64,000 nucleotides of DNA, from the NCBI GenBank assembly GCA_043228905.1, contig JBHGNT010000006.1, positions 2,108,001 through 2,172,000 of the forward strand, read 5' to 3'. The DNA comes from Azolla caroliniana (lineage: Eukaryota > Plantae > Polypodiophyta). The position numbers were made by a program, and so were the translations under genes. Positions 54,276-64,000 of the stretch are shown one piece after another; within the stretch, counting starts at the first letter, position 1; each line of letters starts with the position of its first letter. Under the pieces are notes generated by a model that worked only from the letters and a program-made list of their open reading frames with translations, searched no databases and was not told the origin of the DNA.

Positions 54276-54998
54276 ACGAACACGTTCGTCTGCAGCACGT
54301 ACGGCTCCCCGCTCACGTTCCCCAGGAACTCGAAGTCCAGCTCGTCGTGCTTGTCCGTCTCCGATGACAGCTGCGCATAGCATAGCCAAGAAAAATTAAA
54401 ATTTTGGGATTTTGTCATGTCCATCCATGTACATGGCTTGGTCAAAAAAGTTATGATAGGGTGGGGGTGGGGGGAGGTGCATTCCATAGATTGGGAATAG
54501 GAGTTAGTGTTTGCCTTACATAGTATGCCGTCACTGTGCCCGCTGAATCGCCCGGCACGAGCTTGATTTGCATGTCGATGTTGCCGAACATGTAGCTATG
54601 CTTGGATGCGAAGCCAGCCCCTGCACACAACAGGCATTGCATTCATAGGAGGAGTTAGCGGAATGCATTACGAACCAACCAATGAATTAATGAATGAATG
54701 ATAGATTGATTGATTGATTGATTGATTGATAGATAGCTAAATGGGGGTGTCCGGTGAAAGAAGTAGTACCGGTGGCACTGTCCAGGGAGAGCGCCAGCGC
54801 TTGTCCGCCGCCCAAGAACTTGACATTCTTGGGCGCCCAGGAGACGACGAAGTTCTCGTTGAAGGAGGATGGAGTGGCAGCGAGGGCGAGGGGAGAGGCG
54901 GCCAAGAGCAGGAAGAGGAGTACAAGGATTCCTGCTGCCGACGAGCTGAAGCTACGAGCAGAAGAAGAAGAAGTGAGGAGAAGGAGGAGGCGCGTCAT
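54276..54998 (-). CDS. XTH: Xyloglucan endotransglucosylase/hydrolase (GH16), 3' part lost in the assembly gap
   Basis: Exons 54998-54770 (signal peptide, [21 protein letters not shown]), 54620-54520 (101 nt, AGFASK...[16 protein letters not shown]) and 54370-gap (catalytic [24 protein letters not shown]). Confidence 0.95.
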
Positions 54999-55406
54999 GG
55001 TAGGAAGGAAGGAAGGAATAGAGTGAGTGTTTAGTGTAGTGTAGTGTAGGGAAGGACGATATGTTGTTGTTTTTCCCCCAAGGGAAAACCCACTCTATAG
55101 AGGGAGAGAGATTGAGAGATGGTTTCTGTGTGTATTATATTTTGTGTAAACCCTTTCTTAGTTGAGAGACAAACTGAAGGCTTCTTCTTTTTATTCCTGT
55201 GTGTGGAGGTGGTAGTAGCAGTAGATTCTGACGGACTGAGGCAAAGACAGTGTGTGTGTGTGTGTGCGGGGCTATTATAAACATATATGTATATATATAT
55301 ATATATATGAGACACAATGCGAGGATGCAAAGCCAACTCACACCCACACGCGTGTGCACGTGTTAAATATATATTTCTTCTGCTTTTGTTTTTATGTTTG
55401 ATTTCG

Positions 55407-55449
<43 letters not shown>

Positions 55450-55593
55450 GGTGTGCCCATCGCATCGCATCATCTGTTTTATGTCCCATTGGGAGCCAGC
55501 TAAGGAGTAGCTAAGCAAAGCAAAGCAAAGCCAAGCCCACCTCACCTATCCATCCATCTATCTATCTATCTATCCATCTGTGTGAATTTCCTA

Positions 55594-55696
55594 CCCCCCC
55601 CCCCCCCCCCCCCGGGGGCCTTCCCCAGCCTGGCGACCCCCCCCCCCCCCCCCCGGGGGCCTTCCCCAGCCTGGCGACCCCCCCCCCCCCCCCCCC
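55594..55696. repeat. Poly-C runs separated by a duplicated GGGGCCTTCCCCAGCCTGGCGA unit
   Basis: Three C homopolymers and two identical spacers. Confidence 0.9.
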
Positions 55697-55843
55697 TTGT
55701 AAAAATATCCCAAAATCTTTTCATTTTCCTTACTCATTATTCTTCGATATTTCTGGGTTTTAGAGAGAAAATAAAAAGAACAACAACTGTGTTTCTCTTT
55801 TCGATTCAAAAGAACAATTGAATGTCCCTGTTTTTTGTCGCCT

Positions 55844-55878
<35 letters not shown>

Positions 55879-56274
55879 CATCATTAACTTTTAATTCTAC
55901 CAACGCTTTGTCGAAAACAAATACACCCTCTAAATTCTCTGAAATCTTTTTTCTTTTCTTTTTCCTTCGCTTTTTTTTTTTTTTTTTTACTTATTTGGTG
56001 TTGGGGGAGGAATGATGTCTTTATTTGATCGTTGGGGTATGAGAAAGTGAAATATATGGAAATTATTTAACCGTTTTTTGCCAAAACGAAAAAAACAAGT
56101 ATCGATAATAAGGGACTTACTATATTTATTATGTTGGCTCCCCTTCTCACCCAATTCAACGCGGCGTCTACTACGCAAACCTCAACCCCCCTAAATTCAA
56201 CAAGAAGTCTACCTTCTTCTTTTCACTACGCATTTATAACTTATTCTTTTCGCTCTTGTCAACATAAATATCAC

Positions 56275-56275
56275 A

Positions 56276-56354
<79 letters not shown>

Positions 56355-56450
56355 GTGTACCTATACGTATATGTATGTGGATATGTGTATGTGTATGTGT
56401 ACCTATACATGTATGTATGTGGGTATGTATGTGTAAGTATATGTGTGTCT
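56275..56450. repeat. (ATGTGT)n microsatellite
   Basis: Perfect hexamer run that decays at the 3' end. Confidence 0.95.
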
Positions 56451-56459
56451 GTATAAGCA

Positions 56460-57550
56460 CCTTGAGGTTGTTAGAAGTTCAAATTCACAACAAAATGGGC
56501 ATACAGACTTGCATTTACACCTAGGGATGGGCTCTTCAGCTTTGTAAAGTCATCGTTCTTTTTTTGTTGCAACTTGTAGCATCTACCACGCAGGGGCAAA
56601 TTGACCTTGTGTTGAAAGCTAGTTCACTCCATCAATGATGCCCATTAGTATATAGTCTTGGGTCTTGCTTGTGAAAAGTTAATTCATTCCATCAAATGGT
56701 GCCCAATGCCCATGATCTTTATGGGGAATTTACGAAAAGCATATGCCCATTGTCTTTTCTCCTTTTTCTAATACATGCATGGTCTATCTTTAAAACATTC
56801 ACATGTTTGCCTCGAGTCAAAAGTATCTGCACCTTGTATGCTATTGCCCTTATCAAAAGTGAATTTGCAATGGGATTTGGGATTAATGGTATTTGATATG
56901 CATTTGACCAAATTCATTTAACAACTCCTATGGTTGCTTATTTTTTGTCGATTCATTGCTTTTGTGGTATTTGACTCAAGAATGGAGTGTATGTCTTGAA
57001 CACGATGCCAACTAGTTAAGGGGGGTTGGAACTTGGATAATAAATCATTAACAATTAGATAGAATGTCCATGTTATAAAAGCATTTGTCCCCCAATCTTT
57101 GCACCTAGTGTCTTGGTTATTGTTTTCAAAGAGAATGAGCAATGGGATTCATGGAATCTAATAAAGTGTTTAACTAAGTGTCATTAATAGTTTGCATGGC
57201 AAATGGTTTCATGGATCTTACTTCCCCAAAAATTGCAATATAGGGTTTTACATTTTTATGATGCAATGTCAAGTGAATTTGCGTGAAATAATCATTCGTC
57301 AACGCTTAGATAGAGTGGTTGTGAGTATCTTGCACTGCATGCCCAAGTCTTCGACCTTTCAAATCCCATCTCTTGCTTCTTCCTAACGGGTAATCATTAT
57401 TTTTCCTTCAAATGCAATTGCATATCTCATGATATATTCCAATGTTCAACAATCCAATACATATTCTATTAATGTTGATCAAATTATTTCCCTTTATTTT
57501 CCCCATGAACATTACCATAGGGATTCAATAAATCAATCTTACATTTGTTG
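56460..57550 (-). mobile_element. Probable old LINE remnant
   Basis: Broken minus-strand ORF fragments with a composition like the other LINE relics. No clean motif. Confidence 0.35.
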
Positions 57551-60500
57551 AGAACAATATGTATCAAGGGTCAAGGAGCATGCCATAAATATATAACCAT
57601 AACCCGTGAATCTACTAGACATGGTTTATCATAGCCTTTTCTTTACAATTTCTTAGCACGTGTATGGGTGTCATTTAATTAGGATATACATACAAATACT
57701 GAATAGGGGAAGCATTCATATTACTCGTGGAAAATTGACATAAAATGTTTTTTTTTAATAGGCTTTCAACGCTAGCGATGTAAAGGGTTAACCTATAATA
57801 ACTTCTACATAAGAAGATACATCATCATTCTTATATGTGTTACCACCATACCTTCTAAACAGTGTATACACATATTCAATAGGAAGGATTCATTGAATGC
57901 ATGGAAATGGATACATTGTGTTTTTCTTAATAGGTGTTGGACACACGTGATATCAAGGGTTCACATATAGCGACCCCTTGAGAATAGATATCGTAACAAA
58001 ACAATGAACTTGAATTCAATGAAGTTCTATCAATCTCAATGTTTACAACATTATCACAACTAGTGAATCTCCTCCCTCGAATATCGAGAATATTGAATTG
58101 GCCAACTTATTAATGTAAACAAACATATTATGAGGATTGTGGTGGGTGATTTACTATAATTCATCTAAACAAGTGTGATGAAGTGGATCTTGCAGAAATA
58201 GACCCATTTACAATTATTTTATCATTAATTGAGGCGAGGCTCTTCTAAAAGTGCGATAAACAACCTTAGCTATGAACAATGACATCTCAACGCCGAGACA
58301 ATGACTTGTTAGTGCAAGGTCATATTTTTAACTCAAGAGGAAGTGATAACATCATGAAGTCACACCTTTTAATTTAAACAGCTTAACATCGCAAGATTTA
58401 ATTTCCAAGGTGATGCTATCATTTTCACCTACAAAAATGTGCCAATGTTGTAAAATCATAACCTTAATCTCGTGATGTACACCCTTTACCAATGCACCCC
58501 AACTGCATCCACACAGTAACATGCTTTAAACAGGCAATGCTTTCACATATTGCTTTAGCAAGTGTTGTCTTGTTTGCTAAAGCGAGGCTACAATGTGCCA
58601 CCATTATTTTTTACAGTTTGCAATGTTGTCCATCAATAGGAACTTTATACTGTGAAGCATAAAAAGCAAATGCCCTTTGTAACAAAGCCATGTGATTGCA
58701 TAATGCCATGTGGTTGCAAGTTGTCCCCATATAAGGCTTTAGTTGTAGCCACTAGTTAGCATCAAACCGGCATATGCAACTTTGGGAACTTTATTCATGA
58801 TATTATTTTTGTTTAACGATGGTACTTGTGTTGCATGCACATTATATTCCCACTATAGAGTAAACTAGGCAACGGTATAGAAAAAAGTGGGGTTATGAAT
58901 TTGGAATGCATGATTCAAGAGAGTTGAGAAATTGCAATCCACGTTATATGGTACTGTACAAACAAGGACATATCTATGCAGGTCTATTGAGGGTGTAAGT
59001 CCCTTACAAGGGAGTTGGTAGGTTCAAAGCAAGCAACATATAATGTAGGTCAACATGTTTGCAGGCTTAAAACTCATCTTGAGGTTAAAAAAGATGTTAA
59101 TGTAACTTTCTTCCATTCTTTCTTATATGTCTTTCATTTTGGTTTGAAACTCTTATAGTTTGGATGATTTTTGAATGATTATATTCATACGAAAACCTGG
59201 TCTTTCAACCATGCTACTATCCTTATGAGAGGAATAGGAAGGAACTTCATAAATATAGTTAACGGTTTGGCACAAGAAACTTAATCATACCAATATTTTG
59301 TTATGGAACGAACTTAATTTTTAAGGTTGAGAAACTCTAAGCGTTTTATTTTCATATCTTTATAATGTGCTTAAATTATTATGTTTTTGCGGAGGTACAA
59401 ATTACCAAATACATATGTTCTTTTCAAAACAAAAATATAGGATTGCATCTCTCCACCTTAAAATATGCACCGAGTTTAAGGTCTTGATGAAGGAAAATTC
59501 CCAATCCTCTTTAAGGTCTTCATGAAGGAAAATTCATCTCATTACAACCCTATCGGAAGAACCTAAAGTCTCTTACTTTCCATCTAATGTCATCGTTAAA
59601 AGTCCACATGATAACGAAACAGAAGCATTGAATGATCCCTGCTAAAAATCAATGTACTACGTCGTGGAATAATGACACTTACGATTAATATTATGAATGG
59701 TTGAATATTCACCCACCAAATCTTGCTATGACAATGAGTGAAATCATGAGCTTATGGATGGAATTATTAAATGGTTGGTAAAACCAAGCTTTTGAATTCA
59801 ATTGAAGCCTAATAAACAACAAAGCGCACTACCACACAATCCAACCATGCATACACATTTACAATAAATGTCACAAACATTGAGCCATTTAAAACACGTA
59901 TCCCAACCTTACCACTCATACCCACTAACTACATATAGTTACATTCCACTAAGCGCTAGTTGCATTAGGAAGTAAAGCATATCGAAATTATTAAATACCA
60001 GTCTCACATATATTTATGAAAACATTGAGGAAAAGTCATTCACCTCAAAAGGGCAAGTTTTAAAGATTTTTAATTGACTTTGAGAGACTTTTCTAATAAA
60101 TTTATTAAAATACGAAGAATAGTATGGAACTTTGTCTCAATAAAATTTCATCGAAACTTACTAAACCTCGATGAAATGGGCTCTTTGAAAAAATTCCAAT
60201 GAGCTCTACTTGAAGTCAACTTGCCATTTAAAGCGCAAAATATTTCATCAAGAACATTTCATTCATGTTGAAAGTTGTTTGCAAGATAAGGTTTTCCAAG
60301 ATAGAACAAAAACAACGTTGATGTGGCAACTCTACAACATACAAGGGGGTCAAGTAACAATTTTAAGGATAGAAAGGAAGCTTTAATATTAATTTAGATA
60401 TTGTGTTGGATACGAATCTAAATGATCCACCACAACCAACAATTGCATCTCAATAGCAAATCAACAACTATTCGAAGCAATGTATGACAAACTACATGTT

Positions 60501-60999
60501 GGCTTTGATCAAGATTAAATTGATGTGTTGCATAGTACTTGTTTTCCGTGGTTTTATTTAATATTTAAAAGTACGCCTAATTTGTTAGTTCCTTGACCAT
60601 TTTTTTAGAAGGGACAAGCTTCACCATTCACGCGACATGCAAATTATATTAGTGATAATAGATAGATGCAAGAGTCACTGTTTCTCGTCAAACTTCTACA
60701 ACAGAGATTATTACAATTGAATATCGATGATAATAAAATAATGAAAAATTAAGGAAAATAGAGAGCCAAGAATGATTGAAGGTGTGACTCCCAAGTATTG
60801 TTTTGTACCTGAACCTTCAATTTGAGCATTGCAAATGTTTTCTCGTGAATGAGGCTTACACTATAAACCCTCATAAATAACTACACCTTCATCAAAACTA
60901 AGAAGTTCTTTTACATGGTTAACATGAAAATAGGATGAACAAAGACATCATTGGGAAGATCAAGACTTAATCATATAAAGTTCACAATAGGGCAAGGCT

Positions 61000-62230
61000 A
61001 ATTTAGTGCAATTACTTGTAAATAATGTTTTAGAATATTGACATGCAAATTACTTTTTTACAAAGGGGAAGAGCATGAGAATGTCTATTATGGGAGGACG
61101 AGATTGAGAGGATTCGGCCATGCAAGAGCTTATACATCTAATGAATCATTCTTAGCATATATAATAGTTTTGAAGGGAAAATTGCAATGGGTCTCTATGG
61201 AGGATGACCTTCTCAATTTAGTGGAGTGGAAGCCTATTAGGGTGGTTGCAAAAACAAGGAAGGTATGTATTATTGATCCCCATCCTGAAAAAGTAAACCC
61301 TTTTTGGGATATTTGGGTTTGTGATAATAAGTCCTTATTTGAGTTAGACTGGGATCCGATGGAATGGTGGTAGAGAGATGCTAATGATAAGATGGTTTCT
61401 TTCTTTGACTACTCTGTAAAATTAGGTAGGGAATTCCAGCGAACGAGGAATCCAATTACGTTGGCTGCAACAGGGTATGGTTAAATAGTAATATTCCTAT
61501 GCATTCATCATTGGCATTTTGGAAATGGTTGTGGGTTCTACAGATTCCTCGGAAAATCATTACATTTAGATGTTTATGTGTCCACTATGCACTTCCGGTC
61601 TTGGAATGGATGCATAGGGAAGAGGGAACCAAAACTTGCTCTCTTTGTGGGCTTAACTTGGAATCAATGCAACATGCCTTATGGAACTGTATGACAACAT
61701 GTTCTATTTAGAAACATATGTTGCGCCTCATTGATGTTGCATATGGGCCTAATGTTATTACATGGGGAAATGTCTTTTGGATGGACATAAATGTGGATAA
61801 GCATAATTATGAAAGGGAAAAGATACTATTTACCCTTCAAACTAGGGGAAGGCAAGTTAAGGACATACCATACTCAAGCTCAAATCGATTGAGTGTGGAT
61901 GCCACAGTATGGGCTACGATATCATCAGTGGTTCTATGGAATATTTGGATAGATCGATGCAAAAATGTGTTTCAGCAAATAAAGCAAAATGTTGTTCATT
62001 GTGTGAAGGAATTTTGGTCGATGTTTATCTCAATTTTAAAAGGTCAATATGACTCCTTCACGGGTAATGAAGATATGAATTTTCTAAAACAACAATCTTT
62101 TAAAGGCAAATGGAAGGATTTGTTAGTTTTTCTGGAGAGAAATGACAAAATGGATTGGCAATATGTATCCTCGTGATGGTTATTTTCCTTGCTTTTTGCC
62201 TTGTCCTTGTAGTACCAATGCCAATGTTAC
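61000..62230 (+). mobile_element. L1-like LINE ORF2 3' part with zf-RVT zinc-binding region, inactivated by stops and a frameshift
   Basis: FWKWLWVLQIPRKIITFRCLCVHYALPV...CSLCGLNLESMQHALWNC and VLWNIWIDRCKNVF. ORFs 61038-61373, 61499-61711 and 61718-62176. Confidence 0.85.
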
Positions 62231-62379
62231 TTCGACGAGAAGACACGGGAAATTAAATGTATGACATGTACTTAACAATACGTCACATGACTAGCCCCTT
62301 GTTGTCATTCAACATAATCAATGCTTCTTGGACTTGGGATGTCTCCTAAGTTTATGTCAATGTAGCCCCGATATCTTTG

Positions 62380-62760
62380 CTTGATAAGGAATTGTGTCAT
62401 TTTATACTTCAACTTGAGAAGCTTGTTTTGTCAAGTTTATCAGGATGTAGATAGTTCCTTGTTTGCAGATTCATCTTGTCGATGGCGTTTTCTTCATCAT
62501 TGCTACTTCATTCAATGTTCACAACATTGAGAATATGGTGTAAATCGAGTGCAACTCTTATGCGTACTACCTATGTAGCCACGTTACATATGGAAAGTTG
62601 AAAAGTGTTTGATTGCATCAAGAAACACAAAAGCAATGGAGAACCTACCCCAAGAATAACCCTCATTTGATACCATGTAAAGAACTAGAGAATATAGTTC
62701 AATGACGGATTAAGTGTATGTGCATAACGAATAAATTAAGATTATTTGTGCGTGTGTGCT

Positions 62761-62812
<52 letters not shown>

Positions 62813-63100
62813 AGGTCATGCATTCAACCCCATACATTCCACAGTGGTATCTAGTAAATTAAGAAATTATATATGAAGCAATAGAGAGATATGAAAATAG
62901 GGTAACAAATCCAATACCTAAGATTAATTGTCTAACAAATTACCACTACGGTAAGCTAATGATAATAAAACAGAAAGAGAAAAGGAGAGATACCAAGAGA
63001 GTTCTAGTTGATCGAATGGATGACTAACAAGTTAAAGTACTAGAAGTCACAATCTTGGCCATTTCATGTACACCCCCAAGTTGTACGATGTATAATGAAC
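62380..63100 (-). mobile_element. Copia-type LTR element 5' remnant (LTR edge, PBS, start of gag)
   Basis: Plus strand TTTGATACCA|TGTAA at 62666-62680 equals minus-strand LTR end ..TTACA followed by PBS TGGTATCAAA. Downstream on the minus strand is gag-like MQSNTFQLSICNVAT*VVRIRVALDLHHILNVV. A (GT)n(GA)n tract lies at about 62761-62808. Outer boundaries are uncertain. Confidence 0.6.
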
Positions 63101-64000
63101 TTGTTATATTACATTAGTTGTCATTCCTACCTTGGACAAAGAAGGCTTTGCATTATGTTTTACAACCTCTTCGATATTTGTTGTACAGAAAGAGGGATAA
63201 GATGGGAATGACATGGGTTCCATGGAACAACATATGATGGAGCAAGTTAAAATAATAAAATACCTCTCGTGTGAATAAGGAAGAGTTTTTCATTGAAATA
63301 GGTGGAGGGGGATGCTCTTATGTATGCATTCAGAAGAAGTCCGTTTCTTTTTATGTGATGGATGGTGTCATGAAGCATTGTTGATTTGTAGGCAACATGT
63401 GGAAGGTTATCAGATGCATATAAACTGTTTGAAGGGTTGAGATCCCTTAAAGTGGGTCTTGATCACATGGTTGTACATGACGACATGTTTATAAGTTCTG
63501 GAATCATGGATTAAGACATACAAAATGACCTTTATACCATAATGCTTTGATTGAGTTTTACATTGAATATGGAAAATAGAGGATGCTTGGTCATAATTTG
63601 TAAATGTGGGGGTAGATTGGATGCATGTGATGACCCAAAGGTGGCACTGGGAGATGTTGAATATAAACATGACGAGGAAGATTGATTTGGTTTGAACATA
63701 TGGCAAATTCATGGTATGTTTCAACTATTGAAGAAGTGTTCAATCAAGTCTATCAAAAGAAGGATTCATGGTTAGCTAGTGTCTTACACAAGACGGGTTG
63801 GGGAAGGATAATCATCTCCTTTCCATCATTTTGTATTTTGTAACTGATATGGGTTTTTTAAACTAATGGAAGGATATGTTTTTTAAAAATAAAATAAAAT
63901 AAGGAAGAGTTTTAATTTTAATAGCTAGCTTTTCATTGATAGTTTATTATCCTATTATTGTAATTGCTTAGGATTATCGATAAATGCCCTATTATTGAGT

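Noticed and set aside
53679-54487. Long ORFs spanning the N gap
   Set aside because: Artefacts of translating through Ns and microsatellites.

Overview
Eukaryotic land-plant nuclear DNA: AT-rich, GT-AG introns, many (GA)n/(TA)n microsatellites and decayed LINE/Copia fragments. The repeat style suggests a fern or other non-seed plant, but that is inference. I assembled exon chains by hand, and they keep frame, for six apparently intact genes: a GAUT1/3-like GT8 galacturonosyltransferase (+), eIF4A-III (-), an uncharacterised NUMOD3-motif protein (+) head-to-head with eIF4A-III, an intronless RING-H2/vWA E3 ligase (+), a HYL1/DRB1-like dsRNA-binding protein (+) and MPP10 (+). An XTH gene (-) is cut by a 100-N gap, which probably also hides the start of another gene. 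Intergenic DNA and long introns hold Copia and LINE remnants, two unclassified dispersed repeat families and several 110-150 bp tandem arrays next to genes. I found no convincing wholly new system. The best leads are the NUMOD3 gene and its shared promoter, a 3'UTR intron in eIF4A-III, tandem arrays at both ends of HYL1, and the gap contents.
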